DNA from: Octopus vulgaris
Lineage: Eukaryota
Length of the DNA stretch: 64,000 nucleotides
Direction: 5' to 3'
Assembly (NCBI GenBank): GCA_951406725.2
Contig: OX597842.1
Span: 19,406,001 to 19,470,000 of the forward strand
This document shows, in pieces, positions 43,992 to 57,117 of the stretch (positions within the stretch are counted from its first letter, which is position 1; every line of letters starts with the position of its first letter). The notes under the pieces were generated by a model that saw only the letters and a program-made list of their open reading frames with translations, was not told where the DNA came from and did not search any database. A program made the translations under genes and the position numbers.

Positions 43992-46943
43992 TCATTGTTC
44001 GACCGTGGTCGAGACAATGGAATTTACTATGTTACGCCAGACTTCACGGTCCATCATAGCATTACGGAGGTCCTGTTGCTGGATGCCTGTATCCCTGGAG
44101 ATTACATCAGGGTAGGAGAGTGTGCGCCCTCTGGTATTACAAGTAGATGGCTTCCAGAGGAGAAGAGTAGAAATTACTTCTTTTTCAGCTCTACAACAAT
44201 GTCCAGCAAACTGGACTCTCCTACCTTTCACAAGAGATGACACAGGTGGTAATTTCCCATATATTTGCATTTTGGTTGGATGGCGCCTCCACGAGAGATT
44301 TTGAGCTCTCATAAGGAGGCGAGTGTAGGTTCCATCCAACCGCCTCTCAAGCTTCTTTGATAACGTCCAGGTTTCTGAGCCATATAGTAGAATTGGTTCA
44401 ACTGTGGCTTTGAATATTTCAAGTTTGAAGTCTCTACTTAGATTTGATGACCAGATCTTATGCATGTCATTACAGGCTGACCAGGCCATACCCTTTCTAG
44501 TTAGAAAGTATTTTCCAGATGATGATATGTATGACCCAAGATATTTATAATCAGAAACCATATTTAAAGGCGCACTGTTGAGAGTGTGGATGATGCAATC
44601 ACTGTTGGACAAGCACTTGTTTATGTATTCAGTTTTGGCCTCATTGAGGTAAAGACCTACACAATTTGAGGCTTGTTCAAGAGATTGTAAAAGAGACTGG
44701 GCATTGGAGAGAGAATCACTGATAAGAGCGATGTCGTCAGCAAAGTCAGTGTCTGTCAAGTACTCAGCTGGGTGTCTGGAACTTCTTCTTGGTTTTATTT
44801 CAAAGCCCTTGCCAGAGATGGTATCAACTGACATACGTAGCACATAATCAACAACAATGATGAAAAGAAATGGGGCGAGTGTGTCTCCCTGCAGTATTCC
44901 GGCTTTGATTGAGAAAGATGATGTTTCTCCATCAGGGGTTAAGATGGTTGAAGACGTGTCTGTGTAGAGGACCTTGATGGCAGAAATAATTTTGTCTGGT
45001 ATCCCATAGATCTTAAGGGTTTCAAACATCTTGTACCTATCTACAGAATCGAACGCTTTAGAAAAGTCTACAAATACCATTGCAAGATCGCGATTAAATG
45101 CTTTTGATTCTTCAATAAGTCTGCGCAGGCATAGTATCTGGCTCAGCGTTGAGCGCCCATGTCTGAATCCATTTTGGTTCTTTCGGAGCAAAGGTTCAAC
45201 AAAAAGGACAAGACGATTTAGGATCAGTTTGTTGTACAGTTTTGCAGCAATTGACATTAGAGATATGCCCCTGTAGTTGGTGACGAGGGACAAATCGCCT
45301 TTTTTGGGTATTGGAATGATTTGAGATTGGTGCCAAAGCTTTGGAGCGACAAAGGTGGAAAGTGTGTGGTTGCAGAGGTTGAGCAAAAGTGTGTGAAATC
45401 TATCATCCTTCCAAATTACAGCTGGAATGTTGTCGGGACCAAATGCTTTCGAGGCTTTTAGTTGCTTGGTGGCTGCTGTTAGTTCAAATATTGTAAAAGG
45501 GGAGGTGTTGATGTCCAGCGTGTCTGATATAGGCACACTTGGGAGAGTGGGGTTATCAGGGATTTTGGCATTCTTCCCAAGGAGGTTTTTTAAATGGGTT
45601 GACCAATTTTCTAAACGCTTCTTAGCTGATCTCCCTTTAATTCTAATTGATGACCCAGAATTTTTGCCTGATAGGTCTTTGATGGATTTCCAGGCGAGAT
45701 GGTGTTTTTTACTAATGTGCTCTTTCGATAGTTTACTAATTTTGCCATTGATAAATTCGACCTCGGCGTTCAAGTAAGCCTCATCAAGATTCTTCCTGGC
45801 AGCTATGAGTTGGATCTTCAGTGACTGGGATGGAGAACGGTGGTAGGCTAGTAATATAGACTTTAGATGGTTTCTGGCTTCGATGACATTTGGGGAATTA
45901 GAAGGTTTGCTCTGGCCCCTACTCTTCTTTTTGGGAAGAGTAGCCAGTGCAACTTCCTCTGTTGATTTGATGAGGCTGCTGTATACTTCCTCAATGTTCT
46001 CAGCATCTATTTCAGAGGTAGACAGAGATTGAAATGTGTTATAGACCTCAATAGTAAATTGTTTGGACATATCGGGGTTAGATAAGACTTCCTCCCAGTC
46101 GATCATTTTGATCGGGTGAGGCTTAGTTTTTTTGGATGAGCGAAGACTAAGCTTAACGGTAGCTGATACAATTCTGTGGTCAGAGCCGACAGAACTAAAG
46201 GAAGAGTAGGATCTCGAGTCTTTAACACTATTGCGCCATTTCTTTCGAAAGATGAGGTAGTCAATTTGTGCCCTATCACCAAGTGGGGACTCAAATGTCC
46301 AAAGTTGACCTTTTGGTTTCATAAAAGAATTGTTGGAGGTGTAGAGATTAAATTCCTCCAAGAAGTCTTTGAGCATTTCTCCGTTCCGATTGGTTTTAGA
46401 GTTGAAAGTAAACTTGGTCTCATCGGGTCCTAGTCTAGCATTCAGATCACCAGCTATAACCAGAAAATTATGGAGAGGTACTTGCTCAATGGTTGAACGA
46501 AGGGTTGTATAAAAATTTTCAATTTCGTCTGCCACAGACGAATTATGTGGGCTATACACACATACCAATGTTGGTTTTGGGTTTCCATCTATCTCAAGCA
46601 CCATAATTCTAGGTGAGATTGACTCTATACTCAAGAGAGTATCACTAGCCTTTGATGAAAGTAGAAATCCAATACCTCCAACTGTTGAATTAACAGTATT
46701 CTTTGATGCTGAGGAGGTTACAAGTTGATAAGAACCGACTTGATGGTATTTGAGGATGTTGTCAGGGTGGTAAAATCGGTGTTCTTGGACAGCTATTATA
46801 TCAATGCCATGTGATTCTGCATTTGCACCAAGTTCTTCTAGACGGCCAAGAGAGCCGAGGGTGCGGGCATTGAGGGTGCTGAGTATCGTATGATTTTTAC
46901 AGCTGATGAGGTGTTTGTTTGGTTGGGGGCTGACTCTTCTCCA
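43992..46943 (-). CDS. RTE-clade LINE APE + RT, uninterrupted frame of 983 codons (no in-frame ATG at the 5' end)
   Basis: The frame stays open upstream of the listed TTG (LSTLNARTL, IAVQEHR, GGIGFLL). Motifs: AGDLNA, SDHRIV, NYRGISL, FVDFSKAFDSV, GILQGDTLAP, FADD, LLYGSETW. The stop is followed directly by (TGA)n. The element is embedded in (TACA)n. Confidence 0.88.
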   Translation of the reverse strand, partial: WRRVSPQPNKHLISCKNHTILSTLNARTLGSLGRLEELGANAESHGIDIIAVQEHRFYHPDNILKYHQVGSYQLVTSSASKNTVNSTVGGIGFLLSSKASDTLLSIESISPRIMVLEIDGNPKPTLVCVYSPHNSSVADEIENFYTTLRSTIEQVPLHNFLVIAGDLNARLGPDETKFTFNSKTNRNGEMLKDFLEEFNLYTSNNSFMKPKGQLWTFESPLGDRAQIDYLIFRKKWRNSVKDSRSYSSFSSVGSDHRIVSATVKLSLRSSKKTKPHPIKMIDWEEVLSNPDMSKQFTIEVYNTFQSLSTSEIDAENIEEVYSSLIKSTEEVALATLPKKKSRGQSKPSNSPNVIEARNHLKSILLAYHRSPSQSLKIQLIAARKNLDEAYLNAEVEFINGKISKLSKEHISKKHHLAWKSIKDLSGKNSGSSIRIKGRSAKKRLENWSTHLKNLLGKNAKIPDNPTLPSVPISDTLDINTSPFTIFELTAATKQLKASKAFGPDNIPAVIWKDDRFHTLLLNLCNHTLSTFVAPKLWHQSQIIPIPKKGDLSLVTNYRGISLMSIAAKLYNKLILNRLVLFVEPLLRKNQNGFRHGRSTLSQILCLRRLIEESKAFNRDLAMVFVDFSKAFDSVDRYKMFETLKIYGIPDKIISAIKVLYTDTSSTILTPDGETSSFSIKAGILQGDTLAPFLFIIVVDYVLRMSVDTISGKGFEIKPRRSSRHPAEYLTDTDFADDIALISDSLSNAQSLLQSLEQASNCVGLYLNEAKTEYINKCLSNSDCIIHTLNSAPLNMVSDYKYLGSYISSSGKYFLTRKGMAWSACNDMHKIWSSNLSRDFKLEIFKATVEPILLYGSETWTLSKKLERRLDGTYTRLLMRAQNLSWRRHPTKMQIYGKLPPVSSLVKGRRVQFAGHCCRAEKEVISTLLLWKPSTCNTRGRTLSYPDVISRDTGIQQQDLRNAMMDREVWRNIVNSIVSTTVEQ

Positions 46944-47022
46944 TCAGGTGATACCCGTCTGTTAAGATTGAGGGCATCACCGTCAATGGATACATACATA
47001 CATACACATACACACACACATG

Positions 47023-47308
47023 ATGGCTGCCCCCCCCCCCTCGTTATCGAGTATGACCATTGCACGAAGCTCAACCGTTATCTGCGCTGTGATCGAATGT
47101 GACATTTTTAGCCCAGCCAAAGACCTTTAATGTCTTGTACAGAAATGGCAGCTAAAACCTTTCCCGGCCAACAGCCGGCCGTAGTTGGAACTGGGTTTCA
47201 TGTCCCTTTGAATGTCCTGTCCAATTACACTCCCTTCCACACATGCCCAACACATAGGATTAGTATGGTGTCTAACACCATCACCACGGGCCAGCTTGTC
47301 ACTCATCT
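47023..47308 (-). mobile_element. Second copy of the C2H2-bearing LINE 3'-end derivative
   Basis: Reverse complement of 37255-37543 with the same 5' boundary, AGATGAGTGACAA. Confidence 0.65.
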
Positions 47309-49186
47309 CTCTCTCTCTCTCACACATATAAAATGGACCCTTTAGTTTCACCACACATTAGGGTAAATTTTCACACTAATATATATAATACCTGTTGGCA
47401 TTCTTACCTGTTCTGACCGCGGGAAATCTCAAAAGGGACCACAAGGATCTCGGAATACAATATCAAAAAACTCTGTTCATTCCCTGGGTTTTTCCAATTT
47501 CTATGTAACACGAAATTTCTTTCATATTTTCTTCATTTTGTAGGGAAAAAAACCCCACTTTATATAAAATATAAATAAAATGAACCCTTTATTTTCACTT
47601 TTTGCCACACAGTATATATAATACCTGTTTTGTTTTTTTACCGCGGGAAATTTCTTTGGAAACAAACTGCCAGCATCAGTTGTTGGTTGTCGGATCACAG
47701 CATCCTTGAAAACTTCCATGCTTCCTGAGATTCTGCTCGTGTACAAGAAGACTTGAAGCAGCAAACTGTAAGAACTCGTGAAACAGACTTTCTCAAATTC
47801 ATGGAAAAAAATTTCCGAACGTGTAGAAGGTTCTTCAGAAAGCAGTTGATAACTTCTGATGTCTAAATGGGATCTTTACCTTTTGAAGTACAGATTTTAA
47901 AAAGTAATTTTTTGTATCTAAAGATCCGTCTAAGTGATTTAATTAGCTGTGAAGGTCCCACCGAAAACAATAGCGAGAGAAAGAACAGGTGGAAAAGTTC
48001 AGAGCGCTATTAATTCCGAAGCGATTCTGTGTCCGGGAGACATGGCTATTTGTTGCAGACAACGTGTGAAAACTGGGAAATGAAATGATTCAAGTACGAT
48101 ACGTTTAAAATGAAATTTTAGTGTGCATGGATTCATACATCTGTATACAGAATCAAAAGTCAGAATTCAGGGAAAAGCATTTCAACAAATTTTCTTTTTT
48201 ACAAAAAAAAAAAAAAAGAAAAAAAGGTGGGTACAGAAAAAATTCCTGATACCATGAACATTTAAGGAAAGTATATAATTATGAAATATTATAAAGTTGT
48301 TTTTTCATCGATACCGAATGGATGAAATGCAACGTCGACTTCAGTGAAATTTGAACTCGGGACGTAAATGCCGCTGAATAATAACCTAATACTTAAATTA
48401 GTCACTGCAAAAAAAGGGTTCATTTAACAAATTCTTTTTCTGATATTTCTCTAGAAATATCTTTTATTAAAATAGTTCACCATCCAATTGTAACCTTTGT
48501 ACTCATTTGATTCATTGATTAGTTGTAGATCTTGGATCAACGCTTTTCCAAGTAAATCTACAGCATCAGACTTTGAATTATAAATAGTATTGGATGGCAG
48601 CTGGAGTCTTAGAGTAGCTGTCCACCGAAGTTCCATATAATATGGGAATGAAAAAGGAAAAGGAGGAAAATACAATGTTACTAAAACAAAGACACATTCA
48701 CAAGTAGACAAACAAATGGTTTGATTAGGGTATAATCAATTTGGCAAAGAAACTAAAGAGAAAATATTACGACGATGACCACCACAGATCTACAATGGAA
48801 GAATTCACCACGTGTAGTTGAGGGTAAAAGAAAACGTTGAACGACATTAAGTACATCCAAAATTTATAAAGCAGTGACATACATACATACATAGATACTT
48901 GTAGCACACATATATATATACGTGCAGAGTGAAAATAAATCACACTATTTAATGTTGACGGACTACACTGCAAAAAATAAAAATATCACAGATTTCATTT
49001 CATTTCATTTCTGTTTACAAGCTGTCTCCGTGTCTACATGGGTCATAACTAAACATATGCACAAATCCTTTTGTATATACACACACAATATTTAAGAAAA
49101 AATGGAATTTACACAAAAAAAAGAACGAAACGAAAACAAATATTTTACTCTTATCGTATTGTTGTTTACATTTTCTGTCTCTACGG

Positions 49187-50356
49187 ATGAGCAGAAGCAA
49201 CATGCGATAAGACTGGTCGCTGCTCCAAAATAGAACACTGCCCAGAAAATCACACCTGCCATATCTGTACGGAACCCGAAAATACATTCCGTAATCGCTG
49301 GGTCGAATGTGGGACATGTTTCATCTCTGTCTGCCTCCAATGTGCCACGGACTTTCAGAAGATCCCAGGCCAAAAAAAGAGCCATCATAATGCTATGATG
49401 GATAGACTCTGGAAGATGGTCCAGCTTAAATCTTGGACTTTTCAGTGTCAGGCATGCGTGCCTCCACAACCGACGATTGTGTCTCCCCCTGCCACTCCCG
49501 TGGAGGAGGCGGAACAGCAACAGCAGCAACAACAAAATCAACCACAACTAGAGCAGCAGCAGCAGCAGCAACAACAACAACAGCAGCAACAACAAAATCA
49601 ACCACAACCAGAGCAGCAGCAACAACAACAACAACATCAACAACAACAGCAGCAACAACAAAATCAACCACAACCAGAGCAGCAGCAGCAGCAACAACAA
49701 CACCAATTGACCAGTGCGGTTCTTGCAGAACTGCAACAATCGATCTGTGCTTTAAGAAGGGAAGTAGCAGGAATAAAAGCAAGCATTCAGGTTGGACTCC
49801 ACAATGAGGGGTCTTATCGGAATGCTCTGCTAAAGAACCTCCCTGTACCTGTACCTGTACCTCTTGTCGCATCTAAGACCGCGGATTCTGCAACCCATGA
49901 AGTTATTGCCATTGGGGTACCAGAAGACATAGCTGATCTTCAGGCATTTGCTGCCAACTCAGCCAAAGACCTAGGCTGCGTTCCCCCAATGGGTGCTCTC
50001 CGCCTTGGACGACCTGGCCCAAAACCCAGGCTCATCAAGCTGTCTTTTTCGGACCACGCTGAGGCAACCTCTTACCATCTGGCCTCAGTTAAAGCCGGGC
50101 GTGAAAATCGGACCACCTTCTGAACACGCCCAGGCTTACCGTCCGATGTACATCCGAAGCTACGTGTAGCGGCTTCCCTGAACAGGAACTCAGCTCTACA
50201 AGAAAGCTTCAGTCTTCGGGAAGATGGACAAATCTGGAGATTTGTTAAGACTGCTGAAACGTGGAAGAGAGATACCAGCTGGTCTGAGTGCTCTCTACCC
50301 ACAATAACTAACACTGAAAAAAAATCTAAAAAGACTACAGCAACTCAGGGAAACTA
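49187..50356 (+). pseudogene. LINE ORF1 with PHD-type finger and polyQ tract
   Basis: CHIC...VECGTCFISVCLQC...WTFQCQAC, then polyQ, a coiled coil and RLGRPGPKPRLIKLSF. There is an in-frame TGA at 50121-50123; the frame continues to QGN* at 50356. Confidence 0.7.
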
Positions 50357-50389
50357 AGCCAGAACAACCTGCCATCCTCTACACACCAT

Positions 50390-53177
50390 CATAAACTGCG
50401 AGCAGGGTACAAATTGTTGTCCTGAAATGCTCGCAGTTTATGCAACAAAATACATTTGTTCAACGCCTACGTCAGAAGTATTGACCCTGACTTCATCACT
50501 GTCACGGAAACATGGGCGCATTCCTTACTCTGTGATGGGGTTTTCAACATTACGGGGTACAACCTCTTCCGTAAGGACCGCATTAACCGCCGTGGTGGTG
50601 GTGGGATGGTCTACGTTCGTTCAAATTTTTCGGTAATTCCTTGTGCCGATTTGAACGAATCACGAGAAGAAGTTTTTTCTGTGACGTACGTATGACCATG
50701 TCAACACTCCTGCTTGGCGTTGTTTATCGTCCCCCAAATTACCATCAGGACACACAGCTTTGCAATATCCTCCGAGCTGCTGCCAGGAAAACAGCCACTT
50801 ATGTTTTTATTGCAGGCGATTTCAATCATCCTGAGATCAATTGGGAAACCTTCCATTGGCCACAGAGTGCAAACGATTTTGTTGAGCTTGTGCTGGACTC
50901 AAACTGGTCACAAGTAGTCACCTCTCCAACAAGAGGCGACAACACCTTGGACCTGCTCTTCACCACAACTCCTGAAGCGGTTATCAATTGCACTACGGAG
51001 GAACCTCTAGGTGACTCTGATCATGCTATGATCATCGCCAATCTGGCTCTTGCGGGCAACAAAAACCTGAACCATCTCCAATCTGCTTCCTTCGATTGGA
51101 AGAGAGCAGATTGGAACCTGTACCACACTGAACTACAGCACCCAAACTGGTGTAAATTCTACTACTCTGGAGATGTGAATACTATACTCCAGAGTATCCT
51201 GGACTCAATATGGGCAGCATGTGCATCATCAGTGCCTCGTAAACAGAAAAAGAAGAACCGCCCTAAAAGGGCAATTTGGGAAACTTCAGCGGTCCGACTT
51301 GCCAGGAAGGAACGTCGGACTGCTGAACGGGAATACAAGTTGCATAAATCAGACACCAACAGGAAGAAGCGGAATAAATCTTCCAACCATCTCAAGCAAG
51401 TGACAAAAAAAGCAGTGCTTGAATTTGAACAGTGCATAGCAGCCAATCCTGACAGCAAGGTTTTCTGGAAATATGTGCATTCAAAGCAGAGACCTCACTC
51501 TCCAGTGGGCCCTCTTCGCAACCCTCACACAAACCAGATCACTGACGACCCCAAGGAATGCGCAGAACTCATTGCCGAGTGCTATGCAAACATATTCACT
51601 GTTGAAAGTCAAAATGTACCATCTTCACCATCACTAACAGCAAATTCCATAACAACTATGGAATTTACACCTGCAATGCTGCGACGTCACCTTCAAAATA
51701 AGCGCAACTATGCCTCCCCTGGTCTCGATGGAGTTACATACCTGCTTCTCAAACGTGGCAGGTACTTCCTTTACACCAGCTTTCTATTTTTTTCCAGTAC
51801 TGTCTCAACAATGGTGCTACTCCGGAGCAGTGGAAAACTGCCAGTGTCATTCCTCTGTTCAAAAAGGGCGACCGCACATCACCTGTCAACTATCGCCCAG
51901 TCAGTCTCACTAGCTGTATTGCAAAACTGATGGAATCGTGTGTCAGAGAAACACTCTGGAACTTCTGGAGCTCTCACAGTCTCATCCGACCCTCACAATA
52001 TGGATTTGTCCCTAACTCCAGCTGCAGTGATCAGCTTGTCGAGTTCCTTGAGGACATTACTCAGATCACTGACAGTGGCTCATGGGTGGATGTTGTCTAC
52101 CTTGACTTTGCTAAGGCTTTCAACTCTGTGCCACACAAAAGGCTTATGGTGAAACTCTCTGCAATGGGTGTGAGGGATGACCTTTTTAACTGGTTGAAAT
52201 CCTTCATCCTCAGCCGAAAGGAGGTAGTCACAGTTCTAGGACAGCACTCTACACCATATGAGGTGTCATCGGGTGTACCACAGGGATCTGTCCTTGGTCC
52301 CCTCCTGTTTGTGGCATACATTAATGACATAGATGCCAATTTAAAGAATGCCACAGTATTGAAATATGCAGACGACATCAAGCTGTACCTCGAAATCAAG
52401 AGGACTGATCCTGATGTCTACAACTCTTTCCTGCAATCAGACCTAGACACAATGCAGCAATGGATCACAGACTGGCAACTGAAACTGGCTGTGGACAAGT
52501 GTACCACCATGCATTTTGGGAGAAAAAACCCTGCGTCCACATACTCCCCCCACAACACTGATATCAAGAAATCCTCTTGCGAGCGTGACCTAGGAATCAC
52601 TGTCAGCAGTGATTTGCGTTGGACAAAGCATATCTCTAAAATTGTCAAGAAGGCCGAGGGTGTCTTGGCATCACTCAGCAAGACTTTTGTTAGCCGCTCT
52701 CCAGCCATCTATTTAAAACTGTATACAGCTATGGTACGACCACACTTGGAATTCGCATCATCAGTTTGGAACCCCTATCTTGCTCAGAACATTGACCTCC
52801 TGGAATCTGTCCAGAGACGTGCAACCAAACGCATACCCTCCATCAGACACCTACCATATTCTGAGCGCCTTGTTTCCCTGGGCATGGATTCACTGAAGCT
52901 CCGGCGTCTGGGGACGGACTTGGTAAACACCCACAAAGTTATCAACCACCTCACCAATAACAACACTGAACACCTTTTTGATCTCCATGTGTCTAACACA
53001 CGTGGACATGCCTACAAAGTCAGAAAACAACACAGCTCCCATGACTTTCGGAAACATTTTTTCACGCTCAGAGTTGCTGAAGCATGGAATAAACTGCCTG
53101 TGTCAGTTGTTGACTGCCATGAAACTGCATCCTTTGAGGCCCTCATGCTTTCCGAAATCCGCCGAAACTACACCTGA
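50390..53177 (+). pseudogene. LINE ORF2 (APE+RT) with frameshifts at ~50680 and ~51770
   Basis: Motifs [45 protein letters not shown] and YADD are spread over three frames. Confidence 0.88.
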
Positions 53178-53226
53178 TTATATATACACTTTAGATGAGT
53201 TGTAGTGCACCTGAGCACTGTACACA

Positions 53227-54970
<1,744 letters not shown>

Positions 54971-55630
54971 CATACAGACAGAGAACACATTTCATGAGGA
55001 ATAGATTCATTTCCCAAGTTACAGACGTTGTTTATAAGTTTTATTTTTCAAGCACAACATCCAAATTTTGAAAGACTCTACTACCATAACAAATGCATCT
55101 GTGTCTTACCAAGAAGTTTATAAAAAGCAAAGGAATGCTTCTCAGTAAACAACTCTAGACTTGTTTCTTGTGAATCAGTGGTCACATCTACAAATGATGA
55201 TGTCCCTGAGTCTTTTCAAAGCGATTCAGAAAACAATTATAATAATAATATTTTATCTATTCTAAATGATCTTGACATTGTTTTTGACTTTACATAAAAT
55301 ATTCTTTACATTCTACTGTTGTTTTATTGTCATTTATTTACAAGTATTATAAATTTTATTGGTAAAATATTTTTCTAGAAATGAATTACAATTTATAACA
55401 TTGCTTCTCTGGGAAATTATTGCTTTGCTTTATGAGTTTTCACTTTAGGAGCAATCTCCAGGAAGAAATTAACTCATATATCAAGGCATTATTGTATCTG
55501 ACATTATTTTGGCACAAGGCCAGCAATTTCAGGGGAAGGAGTAAGTTGAATAACCACATGGATCAGCATGTGTGCTCTTTACATGAACTGGCACAAATGG
55601 TTCTTACAGGGAGTGGCATTGCACGATATA

Positions 55631-56027
55631 TCTATATATATAAAGCTGAAGTTGTCTGTGTGTGTGGCAGGTTTTGCAGCCTTCAACTAACACTATCTCT
55701 ACCGAGACACTAGCGCAAGTTGACCAAAATTGAGAGTATGATAAAAGAAGGCTTGCTCTTCCTTCCGTAGAAGAAAAAATTGAAATCGCACCATGTCAAC
55801 ACCAAATATTATTGAGATCAGAAAGGTGCTTTTTTTTCTATGAAAATCCCTATTTTTTACGATTCTTTGACTGCTGTGTCGCCGTTTTTCGGTGTATTTC
55901 AACCAGAAAACTGTTCACTTTTAGAGAATAACAAGCTACATAATGCAAGATTTTTACTTTTCAAAAATTCCAATTCTAATGGGTCGAAAAGAAAATAAAC
56001 CTGAGCAACGCTGGGCGATACTGCTAG
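55631..56027 (+). mobile_element. Non-autonomous Helitron-like element (duplicated at 62283-62682)
   Basis: A|TC...CCTGAGCAACGCTGGGCGATACTGCTAG|T. Confidence 0.75.
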
Positions 56028-56581
56028 TATATATATGAAGCTCTGTAACTTCTCATATATATTTGAAGGTGCATGGCTCAATCGTGAGTTCAATTCATGT
56101 CATCTTCATTACATTGAACAATGTTTAAAGTTAAAGGGTCAAAGCGAAATGCAGCCATATTTTCTCCACAAAACTACTTTAAAACGTTTTCCAATGGCTG
56201 AATGACGACACGTATTAATCTGGTTTCTGCCCTAAATATTCTGGTAAAGTAAGGATGCGTCTTGTACACCAGCAAATACTCAGTGAAGTGCAAGTTAATT
56301 CATAATTAGTCAACGCCGTTGCCAAACACTGAAGAATCTTGTTTAATAATTTGGCTAATTTAGTGAAATTCAAAAGTTACTCCAATACTGATTCGGTGTA
56401 AGGAATGGAAACCTACTTATTTCCCCTTTAATTTCTATTTACTTTCTTAAATCTCCCATACTGAAGGATTATGCTTATTAGAGCCATGCTATCCATGCCA
56501 ACCGTGTACAATTACTAACATTTTCTCACACTAAACCATCCCACTTACTAAAAATATCCTTCTTGTAGAGGATGGTGTTTA

Positions 56582-56981
56582 GTCAACTGGTACTTATTTT
56601 ATCGACCCCGAAACGATGAACGGCACAATCGACCATGGTGGAATTTGAACTGAGAACTGTGGGATGACGTCAGCGGCTAGGAAGCTGACCGGAAGATCAA
56701 GGGCGCGCACGGGGTTGGGGCGATGGCGCCCTTTTCGATCGTGGAAGTTGTGAGTGCATGACGTGTCAGTGCTTCGACCAGTTGAGGGATAGCAGCTGCT
56801 ATTTTTAGCGTTTCGGGACAGGCCACGTGGAAGGGTACATTACCATCGGACAGATATGGGTCAACGAAGAGAAGGTGAGTGTCTTACTTCTAATCTCCCG
56901 CATTCACTACGAACGTAGCGACGGTCGAAATAGCGGTTAGCATTTCGTCCGGCGTGCTAACGATCCTGCCAGCTCGCCGCC
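56582..56981 (-). mobile_element. tRNA-derived SINE (octopus OK-like) split by a 253-bp insertion
   Basis: The head GGCGGCGAGCTGGCAGGATCGTTAGCACGCCGG (56981-56915) is colinear with the body GTTCAAATTCCACC..GGGGTCGATAAAATAAGTACCAG (56657-56582). Confidence 0.75.
56658..56910 (+). promoter_or_regulatory. GC-rich solo-LTR-like insert with promoter motifs and splice donor
   Basis: Flanked by a GAAC direct repeat and starts TGT. Contains TGACGTCA (56665), CCGGAAG (56689), GATGGCG (56722), CCACGTGG (56823) and AAG|GTGAGT (GT at 56875). Confidence 0.5.
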
Positions 56982-57002
56982 CTGCAAAATGCTTTAGATG
57001 CT

Positions 57003-57117
57003 TTGGGCAGATAGGTTGTCCAAGCGGTCACCCATCTAAGTACCCTGCAGGCTCGACATTGCTTCACTTCGGTGATCAGGCGAGACAAGGTGCAATCAGC
57101 ATTATATGGCTGTAATA
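57003..57117 (-). pseudogene. 5S rRNA pseudogene (or 5S-derived SINE head)
   Basis: Minus strand TACAGCCATA..GCACC..TCTCGCCTGATCACCGAAGTGAAGCAATGTCGAGCC..GTACTTAGATGGGTGACCGCTTGG aligns with metazoan 5S rRNA, including boxes A and C. The 3' end is diverged. Confidence 0.8.

Larger units (their letters stand above)
49020..53271 (+). mobile_element. Near full-length CR1-group LINE (mutated), (ATT)n tail
   Basis: ORF1 (PHD, polyQ) and ORF2 (APE+RT), 3' GCACCTGAGCACTGTACA, then (ATT)n at 53227-53271. The 5' boundary is approximate. Confidence 0.88.

Noticed and set aside
49014-49022. TTACAAGC as a TSD matching 53270-53277 around the CR1-group LINE
   Set aside because: The left flank is not ZNF sequence, so a simple insertion with TSD does not reconstruct a sensible empty site. 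It may be chance.
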